Assembly (NCBI GenBank): GCA_010015585.1
Contig: ML975159.1
DNA from: Eremomyces bilateralis CBS 781.70
Lineage: Eukaryota
Strand: one strand, 5' to 3'
Length of the DNA stretch: 20,000 nucleotides
Part shown: positions 1 through 11,714 of the stretch, in pieces
Layout: each line of letters opens with the position of its first letter
Numbering within the stretch: position 1 is the first letter of the stretch
Made by a program: the position numbers and the translations under genes
Notes under the pieces: generated by a model
What the model saw: only the letters and a program-made list of their open reading frames with translations
Told to the model about the DNA's origin: nothing
Database searches by the model: none

Positions 1-1977
1 TCCATATCTTGAAGTCCCAGGCCGTCGAAGAGGGGGAAGATGCCCTCGGTCTTGCGGAAGTCGTTGTGGACTATGAAGTGTTAGGTACGGGCAGTGGAGG
101 GAACGAGAGGCTGGGAGAGTGGGGGCCTACCGATATTCACCAGATAGTACGTGTCCATCATGTCCTCGATCACGTAGCGCGACTGGTTCGTGGCGGAATA
201 GCAATTCGCCCAATCCTGTCCAAGCCGGTAGAATTCATCTTTCCACGCCAGGAAACTGACCGTCTCGACAATGGTCGGCTGCACGATTTCTTTGCCGGGG
301 AAGACGCCCCAGGTGACCGCGTTCGGCCCATCACCCGGCGCATTCGTCTTCAGCTCCCCGGCTTTGTTGACGGCGTAGTAGGTCATGTCGGGATTCCGCT
401 CGATGCGCGTGATCAGCTCGCTAATCATCTCCGGCGAGACAAAACTCTCGAGGTACGCTTTCTGGAAGACGTAGCCGTTCCGCGGTCCCCAGCCGTAGAC
501 AGGATGCGTCGACTTCTCACCATCGACGGGCGGCTGCGAATTGATGGTGAAGATGCCACGGGTGTTCAGGTCGACGAGTTCTCCTCGCAGAACGTCCGAC
601 TCCAGGGACAGCGGATTTTCACTCCACGGCAGATGATCGAGCTTGCCCTGCATGTACTTCACGAACAGGTTCGAGATATCCCGGATGGTGGACGGTTCGC
701 CCCAGAGCTTGACGTTCGCCTCATTGGTGCCCTTCAGGCCGATGCCGTAGGCGTCCAGCTCGCCGAACGCGGGGGAGCGGGAGTCGCCCCAGCGGCCGTT
801 GGGAAATTCATCCCAGTCTTGCGTGCGGACGACATAGGATCGGTTGCGATTGCGCCAGAAGATGGGGCGGACGTTTTCTTCGCGGCGTTTGAGGCCTTTG
901 GAGGGGCGCCAGGGGAGGGGTTTCTCAAGAGGGCTCTCGAGGTCGGGAACGAGGTTGAGGTCTTCTAGGACCATGCGGGTAGCCTGGGCGAGGTTCATGG
1001 TATAGCTAGATGATGTTAGTATGATTTTGGCAGGATGAAGGGTTCCCATACAAATGCAGGTGGTTGATGCCGCCAGCCAGAAGACGTTTGCACATTTCCA
1101 CAATCAACTCCCGTCCGACGTCTCGGACAGCAGCATCGTCATTCTTGACTGGCTCCAACGCCTCCATCCACGCCTTTGGTACGTTGCATTCAGTCCAATT
1201 CGCTCGGCGGATAAACGCACCGTACGTATGAATCGGCATGATTCCTGGGATAATAGGCACGGTAATGCCAGCCTCCCGGACTTTCCGTAGCCAGTCGAGG
1301 AAAATGTCGGTATCGTAAAACATCTGCGTGATCACAAAAGTGCCACCCGCATCGACCTTCTCCTTCAGATGGCGGATGAGTTCGTCCGTGTTCTTGTTGT
1401 CGTCGCACCCCTCAGAATAACCCGCCACACCGATATCGAAGTGATCCCCGTATTGGCTCCGGATGTACTTCACCAGGTCCCGCGCATATTGGAATCCGCC
1501 TTGCGATGCCACCCACTTTTCGTTCTCTCGGGGCGGGTCGCCGCGGAGGGCAAGAATGTTCGTGCATCCCGAGTTATAGGCTTCTTTTAGCGCGTCGTCG
1601 ATTTTTGATTTCTCCATGTCGGTGCACGTGAGGTGCATGCATGTCTCCAGTCCATACACGGACTGAGCCACCTTGACCATCTCGCAGGTCAACCCTGAGT
1701 GTCGCCCACCAGCACCCCATGTGACGTCGATGAATGTTGGTCCAAGGTCATGCATGCGATCCATGCCTAAGAACGGTCAGTGGAATGTCGACAGTTAGCT
1801 CGTACTAAGGAACCCACGATCATAGAGATTTTGAACACCCTATCCAACATGTTAGGTACAGCGAAAATATGATCATGTACCGTGACGTACCTGTGCAGTT
1901 TTCGGCGGGAAGAATTCAAACGAAATGGACGGCCGTCCAGCCTCTTCGGCCGCCCGTAGTCTTTCGGAGATATGCAT
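1..1977 (-). CDS. MET13: Methylenetetrahydrofolate reductase, MET13/metF class; 3' end outside window. Exons 1977-1891, 1839-1818, 1766-1052, 1005-131, 70-<1
   Basis: Spliced translation: MHISERLRAAEEAGRPSISFEFFPPKTAQ/GVQNLYDR/MDRMHDLGPTFIDVTWGAGG...TCMHLTCT...ILALRGDPP...TQMFYD...HLHF/YTMNLAQAT...WDEFPNGRWGDSRSPAFG...NAVTWGVFPGKEIVQPTIVE...YYLVNI/VHNDF. These are the MTHFR catalytic barrel and the eukaryotic SAM-binding regulatory domain. Four introns (1890-1840, 1817-1767, 1051-1006, 130-71) have GT..AG ends and CTRAC branch sites and restore the frame. Confidence 0.96.
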
Positions 1978-2054
1978 TTTGAGAAAGATCCCTCAGCGGC
2001 GCCGTCGGTCGTTCGCGGCGAAATTGGAACGTCGTATATATCAATGCTTGAGTT

Positions 2055-2222
2055 CTGCGAACTTTGTCAGTTCCTCCGAACTCGGCTTGAACCGCAGCAA
2101 AGTAGAACCCACCACGCCAACATATACTGAGGGAATACCGAACCCTCCACGGCCCAATGAACGTTTTCCTGCTATTCGAGATAGCGTATGCGAGCCCAGC
2201 GGTCTGCCAAATGCCGTTGCAT
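2055..2222 (-). promoter_or_regulatory. Putative MET13 5' leader with two uORFs and a possible 58-nt leader intron (2112-2055)
   Basis: uATG at 2222 gives MQRHLADRWARIRYLE* (to 2172). uATG at 2123 gives MLAWWVLLCCGSSRVRRN*. Donor G|GTGGGT at 2112 (same hexamer as intron 2 of this gene), branch ACTGAC at ~2071-2066, acceptor CAG ending at 2055. Transcription start is not known. Confidence 0.35.
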
Positions 2223-3483
2223 GAACCACCGGCGCTCGAAATGTCAAACAATAGCAAGGAGGGGGGACGAAAAGGAGCGATATGCGTTAGTTGAAGTACT
2301 TAATTCATGTTACGTCTGTGGAGAGGAAAGCTTTCACGAGAATAGAGGGGCCGGCGATGGCCCAATAAGGAATCGCGCCAGTCAAACCGCACAAGAAACT
2401 CCCCGCAATCGCCTGTGGCTCTCATCAGTCATGGCGTTTTCTTGGTGTGCAACCAATTTGCCGTTCCGTGTCCGCCGCAATTCGGATGCCGTGATGCATG
2501 AACCGTTGCCAGCTCTGACATCTTCCGCGGAGTTTCGATTGTATATGCCGAATTTCCCCCATATAAAATACGATGCGGTGTGAGATTGCATTCAGCCAGG
2601 AAGTCTCTTGGATTACGCCGGTTCTTCAGTGAAGGATCCGGAGCATCCATATTGAACGAGGAATCCTCCAGGTTTTGGTGACGGATAATGAACTTGGTTG
2701 TTCTATCTTGAACATGGCTTACGGGATTGAGATCATGGATGCTTACCGTGGTTGGCACAGCCTTTCCACCAACGTCGTTGCGCTGCAGAACCATACACCG
2801 GGATCCAACTTGCATTCCCGATGCGTCGTATGCTCGTCAACTACGCAAACAAGATGACTTGTGCCTATCAGGAAGTAGATCAATCTGCATATGTGCCTAT
2901 GGCAACATTCATGCAGTGAAGCAGCTTCGGGCTTGGGCTTGGGCTTGAGTTCATGCAATCTACCTCCCTTCATGTCCAATCCCCCACCACGTTTCTGCCC
3001 TCATCGCCACAGCAGTTCTAGCCATGCGGTACCTGTACATCGTTGTACGATGTTGTCATAAACCTCTTCCTTCCCTCATCTGACCGCAATACATCACCTG
3101 TCTCTGGAACGATGAGTCTCACTTCTTCCGCTTAGGTATACCTTAGGCCATATTGGACCGCATCTATTCTCATCGTGGCCTCGTCCCAGATGCTTGAGAA
3201 CTGATCTCCCGGCGCGGGACGGTCGGATATTTATGGAAGTGATGCCGATGGGTCTCGGAAAGGAAGCAGTTCCCGTCCTTCATATTGGAAGAAATTTTGT
3301 GGTTAGAAATAGCCCTGTCGGCCATGTGGGAGTTCCTTCTCTTAAGTTCCAACGGGCAGTGGGCGAATAATACCATGTACCATGGGAGGACCGGATCCAA
3401 TGTTGGCAGAATATATTCCGATGCACTGTGAAAATCTTTTCCTCAAATCCGCTTAATACTCCATTACCCTGGATATTTGCCAT

Positions 3484-3533
3484 CTGGGGATATCTGGGGA
3501 TCTGGGGTGTTTTCTACCTATCTTGGTCTGGGG
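3484..3533 (+). promoter_or_regulatory. Cluster of CreA/Cre1-like carbon catabolite repression sites (SYGGRG)
   Basis: CTGGGG at 3484, 3494, 3502 and 3528, about 640-690 bp upstream of the GH31 start codon. Confidence 0.45.
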
Positions 3534-3910
3534 ATAAAGGCGGATGAATTGTATCGTCTCGCAGAACTGCTTTTGTCAATAGATCTCCTTGATATGACGA
3601 CGATAAGATTCCGGGGTATCCGGCACCCAAGCCGTTAAATCATCCTCATCAATATTGCTCATTTCTATCGATCAACAGAACAATTGATCCTTTGGTGGTC
3701 GACCTACTCTAGCGCTGATGAGATGTTTGGCTCGACAGTCGCTCACCACGCGAAGATCGGCGGGCATCGTCCCCTATGTAGCCGTCCTCCGTGCTCGAAA
3801 TAAATCAGATCGAACGACCGGATATTAGTTATTTCACTAGTTATGTATTTCCCTATTTAACGATCCAACTTCTAAGCTGACTAGCGATGACACCCAAGAA
3901 CTCGCTTGGT

Positions 3911-3971
3911 CCCCGGCTAAAGGGTTAATGTCTAGACCCCCCACCTCCAGTCGCATTTAGCCGGGGCGGGG
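3911..3971. promoter_or_regulatory. Inverted pair of XlnR/Xyr1-like sites overlapped by CreA-like sites
   Basis: CGGCTAAA at 3914-3921 and its reverse complement TTTAGCCG at 3956-3963. Overlapping SYGGRG matches: CCCCGG at 3911, CCGGGG at 3961, GCGGGG at 3966. TATA-like TACATAAA at ~4078. Located ~210-255 bp upstream of the alpha-xylosidase ATG. Confidence 0.6.
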
Positions 3972-4169
3972 ACGTTCCGCGTCGAGAAAACGTAGCCTCA
4001 ACAGCTGAACAGCACTACGTATTGCAATTGCGGGTTCAATGGGGATTTCAAGCAAAGGGAACGCGATGGGTCTGGCGTACATAAACCAGCTCATGGCCAG
4101 GGACGTGGTAGTTCATGCTGTGTCCTCACTTAGCGAAACATTGTATGCAAATTGCCTGATTCATTCAAG

Positions 4170-6585
4170 ATGAGGTTCCGCGATGGTACGTGATCCAATT
4201 CCTCTGTACAATCCCATTCTAACCCACCGTTCAAGGCATGTGGCTTACAGCCGCCGATAAAACAATCCAATACGCCGAAGACATCTACTCTATCAACCAA
4301 TCTGGCGATGAACGGTCTCTGGAGTTACTCTGTCCGACAAAGCGCATCCGATCTCGTGGTGACACTCTCAACTGTCCCACCGTCACCATCAAGCTCGAGG
4401 CGGTTATCGATGGCGTCATCTCCGTCGAAGCAACCCATTGGGCCGGCCAACGTCGTCTCGGTCCCGACTTCGAGCTGTTCCCGGATGGCAAGCCGGAATC
4501 CGCGGCGAGCATCACCACAGGCGAGAAGGGCACGGCGTTGACCTCCGGGGGCCTCACCGCCACCGTCAGCCCGGATCCGCATGAGTTTGAGATTCGGTTC
4601 AGTGGGCATGATGGGAGGGAGGTGACAAGCCTGTTGAACAGGAGTGTTGGGTTTGCGTATACCCCCGCGACCGGGAACATGAAGGTCGTCGAGGATATGC
4701 GGAAAACGCAGCATTATATGTTCACACAGACAGAGCTCGGGGTGGGCGAGTCGGTCCATGGACTGGGAGAGAGGTTTGGAGCGTTCAATAAGGTTGGACA
4801 GCATGTTGAGGTTTGGAACGAGGATGGGTGAGTTTATGTTGACGCATGAAATACCCATGGGCGCTGACAATATCAAGTGGCACGTCCTCCGACCAAGCAT
4901 ACAAGAACATCTCCTTCTGGCTCAGCTCCCGCGGCTACGGTGTCTTCATCGACACTCCTGAACACATCGATCTCGAAATCGGGAGCGAACGAAGCTGCAG
5001 AGTGCAGACGGCAGTGGAGTCCCAGCGTCTCAAATGGTACCTCATATACGGGCCAACGCCCAAAGAGGTTTTGACCAAATACACCATCCTCACCGGGAAA
5101 TCCGGCAAAGTCCCCGCCTGGAGCTTCGGACTTTGGCTCACCACCTCCTTCACCACCAACTACGACGAAGCCACCGTCACCGACTGGCTCAGCCAGATGC
5201 AAACCCGCAAGATCCCCCTCGAAGTTTTCCACTACGACTGCTTCTGGCTCCGCGCCTTCCACTGGTGCGACTTCGTCTTCTCCAAGGACCACTTCCCCGA
5301 CCCCAAAGGCTCCATGACGCGCCTCAAGTCCTCCAAACTCGCCAACAAGGTCTGCGTCTGGATCAACCCCTACCTCGGCCAAGCCTCCCCCGTCTTCGCC
5401 GAAGCCGCCGAGAAAGGCTACCTCGTCAAGCGCCTCAACGGTGACGTCTGGCAATGGGACCTCTGGCAAGCCGGCATGGCCCTCGTTGACTTCACCAACC
5501 CGGCCGCCCGCAAATGGTACGTCTCCTGCCTCGAGCAACTCTTCGACACTGGCGTCGACTGCCTCAAGACCGACTTCGGCGAGCGCATCCCCTCGGCCGA
5601 CGTCCAGTGGCACGACCCCACCGTCGACCCCAAGAAAATGCACAACTACTACTCCTTCATGTTCAACCAACTCGCCTACGAGGCCCTCCAGAACCGCTTC
5701 GGCGCCGACCAAGCCGTCCTCTTCGCCCGCTCCGCCACCGCCGGCACCCAGCGCTTTCCCCTCTGTTGGGGCGGTGACTGCGAGTCCACCGCCCCGGCCC
5801 TCGCGGAATCCATCCGCGGCGGCCTGTCCATCGGCCTGTCGGGCTTCTCCTTCTGGTCGTGCGACATCGGTGGGTTCGAGGGCAACCCCGCGCCGTGGAT
5901 CTACAAGCGGTGGGTGGCGTTCGGACTGTTCTGCTCACACTCGCGTCTGCACGGGAGCAACTCGTACCGGGTGCCGTGGCTCATCGACGGAGACTCACAG
6001 GAGCCGGAGAACGCCACCGACGTGGTGCGGCATTTCGTGCGGGTGAAGCGGCGGTTGATGCCGTATTTGTTCGCGGAGGCGAAGGAGGCGGCGGAGAATG
6101 GATGGCCGATGAGCTTAAGGGCGATGGGCCTGGAGTTCCCGGAGGATCAGACGGCGTGGTTCTGTGATCGCCAGTTCATGGTAGGGAAGAGCCTGTTGGT
6201 GGCGCCGGTGTTCACCGAGGAGGGCGATGTGGAGTTCTATCTGCCCGAGGGCAAGTGGACGAGCTGGTGGGATGGCCATGTTGAGGTTGGCCCGAAGTGG
6301 GTGAAGGAGAAGCACGGGTTCCTGACGCTGCCGGTGTACGTTCGGGAGCGGTCGGTGTTGGTGCTTGGGAGTGAGGATGAGGCGGAGAAGGGAGAGGGCT
6401 TCGGGTATGACTGGGTGAAGCAGGGCGCGGAGGTGAAGTTATATCACACGCAGGCAGGAGACAGCTTCACGGTTGTTGATCGTGAAGGGAAGGATGTTGT
6501 GACGCTGGAGGTTGGCGCTGGTAACACTGTCAGCGGCCTGGACAAGATCGAAGGAACGTGGTCTTCGACCGTTGCAGTTAGATGA
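4170..6585 (+). CDS. Glycoside hydrolase family 31, YicI-like alpha-xylosidase, ~771 aa, no obvious signal peptide. Exons 4170-4185, 4236-4827, 4878-6585
   Basis: Spliced N-terminus MRFRDGMWLTA; GLGERFG; WNEDGGTSSDQAYKNI; PAWSFGLWLTTSFTTNYDE; FHYDCFW; nucleophile motif KTDFGERIP; acid/base motif WGGDC; WSCDIGGFEG; SHSRLHG. Introns 4186-4235 and 4828-4877 have GT..AG ends and CTAAC/CTGAC branch sites. Confidence 0.93.
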
Positions 6586-6719
6586 GCGACAATAGGTTAT
6601 GAATTACAATAGACTTTTCATTTATACATTTCAAACACTATTCACTCATAGTGATGAATGAGTTCACCCAACCTGTACAATATAATATGCCCATACAAGC
6701 ATACAGTTGTCCAACACCT

Positions 6720-7759
6720 TCACTGCTTCTTCGCCTCCCTCTCCCTCTTCCTCAGCGCCCTCTTCCTCACCGCCTCATGCATCGTCTTATTCTGCGCCAA
6801 CACCACCCCACTCCTCGCCCCTACCAAAGTCTCAATCCCCCACTGCATCACCGCATGGCTCCAATATGGCGTCATCTGATACGCCGACCCCTGGCTCCCC
6901 CCTGCCCTCCCGATGCTCCGCAACGTCGCGCGCACAAACGTCCGCGTGCTCGGCACCATCATCGTCGTCCGCCGCAGCTTCGACATCGCGCTCACCACCA
7001 GGTGGCTCTGCACGCACTGCACCGTCACGCCGGCCGGGGCCAGCTCGGCGCCCAGCGCGGCCGACCACGCTTGAAGGAACGCTTTGCTACCGGAGTAGGT
7101 GGCGAGGAGCGGGGTGGGGAAGACGCCGGCGAACGACGCCATGGTGAGGATGAGGCCGCGTTTGCGCTGGACCATGGCAGGGGTGAGGGCCTGGGTGACG
7201 CGGAGGGTGGCGTGGCAGTTGATGTTGATGATGTTCTCTAGTTCGTCGCGATCGGTCTCAATGAAGGGGACGGGGATGGAGTGGGATTGGCCGACATTGT
7301 TGACGAGGATGGCGACGTCGAGGGGAGCGGCTTGGGCGGCGAGTGCGCGGTAGTCGGCGTCGGTGGCAGCCGAGAAGTCGATGGCGAGAGTAGCGGTTTG
7401 GACATTATAGGTGCGAGCGATGTCGGTGGCCAGGTCGTCGAGCTTGGATTTGGTACGAGAGACGAGGAAGACGTTGAAGCCGGCTTTGGCGAGCTGGTTG
7501 GCGAATTCTTTGCCGATGCCGTCGGAGGCTCCGGTGATAACTGCCCAGCTGCCTTTGGGTCCGAACGTTCGTAGCTGGAGGTGGTGTTAGCTCATGATGC
7601 GTTTCAGAGACCTTTAGAGCTACTCACGGAAGTTCCTGGGAGGATAAACAGGTCACCTAGCAGGCGAAGGTAGCTCAGAATCTTCGCGGAGATGTACACG
7701 AGCCCAATGACCGCGAAGACCTGGATTGCCGGACTCGACGCATACTCAATGAAATCCAT
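6720..7759 (-). CDS. IFA38: Very-long-chain 3-oxoacyl-CoA reductase (SDR family, fatty-acid elongase KAR), ~328 aa. Exons 7759-7628, 7574-6720
   Basis: N-terminal hydrophobic segment, then [33 protein letters not shown] (Rossmann fold), [16 protein letters not shown], catalytic [21 protein letters not shown] and a basic C-terminus ..KREREAKKQ. Intron 7627-7575 reads GTGAGT..CTAAC..CAG. Confidence 0.92.
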
Positions 7760-8126
7760 TGTCGTTGTATGGTGTCCCGTGTCGGTGACTTGCGATGCTG
7801 ATGTGAGGATTCCCGTCTATAGTGGGATGATTAATTGTTTTAGGCTTTAGCCGGTAAGGGGAAAAGGTGCAAAGCGAGATAGAGTTCTGATGAGATGATC
7901 GACGCCGGGTTCCAACCAGGCATAGGACCAGGATGTCGGCATGATATTCTCATTCCTCCATGCCTGAATCTAACATCGCCATAGTTCTTATTATTTAAGC
8001 CTCTCGTTTATGTCCAATCTTCGGTTTCCATTGACTCAATTCGACTCGATTGAGATTACTTCTCCGAACGCGTATATATTGTTGATCAATCTCATCCTGC
8101 CGACAGCTTGAGTCCAGCATATCACC

Positions 8127-8649
8127 ATGGACGCCATCACAGCCTATCTCCCGCAACACGCTGGTTTTCTTCCGAAGTGGCTCTTTTTCGTAAATACTCA
8201 ATGATCACTCTATTCGTTTTTAGACTACAGTACAACTAACCATACAATCACCACCTCAGACCGGCATCATCTCCATCGGCAACAGCATCCAAGCCTACTC
8301 CACCCTCGAATTCACCAAACGAGTCTACAACGGCGCTCCCACAGCCGATGGCAAAGACACCGACAAGAAGCTCTCCGCCGCCAGCCCCGTCACCCCACTC
8401 GCCGCGCACCTCTTCGCCACATGGACCTTCACCTCCGCCATGGTCCGTCTCATCGCAGCGTACCACATCACCACCCCGCCGATCTTCTGGCTAGCGTTCG
8501 TGACATATACCATTGCATTTTCGCACTTCGGCGCGGAGTGGCTCATTTATGGGAACACCAAATTGGGGGCGGGATTGGCGGGGCCGCTGGTGGTGAGCAC
8601 GAGTACGATCGCTTGGATGTTGTTGACCTGGCAGGAGTATTTGGGCTAG
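8127..8649 (+). CDS. ERG28: Ergosterol biosynthesis scaffold protein Erg28, ~150 aa. Exons 8127-8189, 8260-8649
   Basis: MDAITAYLPQHAGFLPKWLFF/TGIISIGNSIQAY...VTPLAAHLFATWTFTSAMVRLIAAYHI...HFGAEWLIY...GLAGPLVVST matches the Erg28 pattern. Intron 8190-8259 reads GTAAAT..CTAAC..CAG. Confidence 0.92.
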
Positions 8650-8680
8650 CTAGGTCGGGGGGTTAGACTGGTTGATACAG

Positions 8681-10103
<1,423 letters not shown>

Positions 10104-10587
10104 TTACTGCGTGGCTTTTGAACTGATCTCCTTGTTCTATTGTACAATATGGTATCGCCAACCTCAAGCGTTTTGGTTAAGGTAGGAATGGTTGTGGTAG
10201 AAATTTTGATTCAAGAAAGATTAGATTACATCATAGGACAAGGGTTTGGTTGCATTAAGAAACTTTTCGTTTCCTATTTTAGCCTAGCATGTTATATACA
10301 ACGTTCAGGAGCGTCGGGGGATTTCATTCCGATTCAAACCTTTTTATCGCATCGCTACTTAACAACTTAACTACCCACTAGTTACACATACCGCACACAA
10401 CATCAGATACACGTCCAGTTAACTTTCACCAACTTATAATACGATTGTAAACCTTAGATCTCCAATAACATGGACATAGACATGGACCGTGGAGTGCAAT
10501 AGTCCGCGCCGTTTTGGATACGAGCATCCAAACTCCCATCCACTCGAATCGAAACCGAGAACAATAGCAATATAATCCTCCAGCACC

Positions 10588-10630
10588 TTGTCACTATTGT
10601 CACCATTGTCACCATTGTCACCATTGTCAC
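10588..10630. repeat. 9-bp tandem repeat (TTGTCACCA), ~4.8 copies
   Basis: TTGTCACTA TTGTCACCA TTGTCACCA TTGTCACCA TTGTCAC, read directly. Confidence 0.9.
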
Positions 10631-10914
10631 TGACTACCATGTCCCGATTCCTTCGGCTTCTTTCGATGCGCTGTGGGATCCGATATATGTACAGCTCTCA
10701 CCTGTTACGCATGCAACCTCGTGCCCTTATGTCTTTCGCGCCCAAAAAAGAAGACAATATGTTCTTCATTCTCTCGGTTGATTTCTCGCTACGGTCATAC
10801 CACTCGCAACTTGTCTTCTGTGACGTCCGAAGAGAAGCTCGAACGCTACTGTGCTGATAACTCCCACTTCATATTCCTTCATCTTCGGAATACTTCTCAA
10901 TTCATCGTATATAG

Positions 10915-11460
10915 CTACCTGGAACGACAACCACTTGTCCGAGTGGACCTAACTACCGTCTCTTCGTGCCCCTAAAGTTTTTCTTGGTGCTCCATGGGAC
11001 GGCAGTGTTGATTTGTGGGGCTTCGCTCGCGTGGTACGTCTCCTGACCTTTCCTTTCCTCGTCTACGGTACTCATAAGGAGCAGATATACGAACTCCTTC
11101 AGGGCAGAGTGTTGTTCCGAGGTAGTCCTAGTCCGAAAGGCACCTAGACCGCCGAAGAAGACCAAATAGTTCAAATGATTGAGCTGCTCGGTCCTATCCC
11201 TACGTCTATCTGCGTGTCTCAAGCTCACAGCCTTCCACTGCTTCTAACCTTGATTTCCAGGTAATTTGTTACACATCAAGCAGTTTGCCTCGTTCTCACC
11301 GCGAGATCTTCTTACGCATACTACAAACCCCTCTATATCGGTAAATGACTACGAACAGTTTAAGGCATTTCTACGAGCTATGCTGCAGTATGAGCCGAGT
11401 GAGAGGAAGTTGCCGAAGGAGCTGTTGAAAGAACCATAGCTGTCCAACGAATGTTCATAA
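10915..11460 (+). pseudogene. C-lobe remnant of a fungal SRPK-like (CMGC) protein kinase
   Basis: TWNDNHLSEWT*LPSLRAPKVFLGAPWDGSVDLWGF (subdomains VIII-IX, APE changed to APK); intron ~11034-11083; IYELLQGRVLFRG..GT*TAEEDQIVQMIELLGPIP; GNLLHI..FKAFLRAMLQYEPSERKLPKELLKEP*L (subdomain XI). In-frame stops at 10950, 11145 and 11437. No N-lobe recognisable. Confidence 0.8.
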
Positions 11461-11714
11461 TTCGGTACGTAAACTGGAACATCTGATCCTGATGTCGGTC
11501 CGTCCCTTGGTTCAGCCACGTATTGTATAATATAATAATCCATCCTCCATCAGCAACGACTGTAACTCTAATCGTCAAGGATGAGTAGAGCGCAGAGAGT
11601 CACCTCATCATCAATTAATATCGTGTTCATAATTACAATTAGCCCATCGTCCCTCGCCACGGCCGAACCAAACTACGCTAGTATCTTGGTCGCCTCTGTG
11701 CCGAAATTTGGAGA

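Noticed and set aside
9..968. 319-aa plus-strand ORF
   Set aside because: Antisense shadow of MET13 exon 4, with a non-ATG start and no recognisable motif. Explained by GC-rich codon bias.
2929..3143. (GGGCTT)3 at 2929-2946 and palindrome AGGTATACCT at 3134-3143
   Set aside because: Too short to distinguish from chance, with no supporting context.
2188..3483. Many 60-130-aa ORFs in the MET13/GH31 intergenic region
   Set aside because: No domain motifs, mostly non-ATG starts, no codon bias, and no consistent splice model.
4873..6046. Long antisense and alternate-frame ORFs inside the GH31 gene
   Set aside because: By-products of strong C/G third-position bias; low-complexity Ser/Pro/Arg translations.
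4170..6585. Recent bacterial horizontal transfer of a yicI-like gene
   Set aside because: Has two spliceosomal introns, host-like codon usage and fungal promoter motifs; YicI-like GH31 enzymes are known in filamentous fungi.
10200..10450. Starship boundary or target site
   Set aside because: No captain gene, terminal repeat or convincing target motif can be identified from this window alone.
10588..10630. CRISPR-like array
   Set aside because: Simple head-to-tail 9-bp minisatellite without spacers, in a eukaryotic context.
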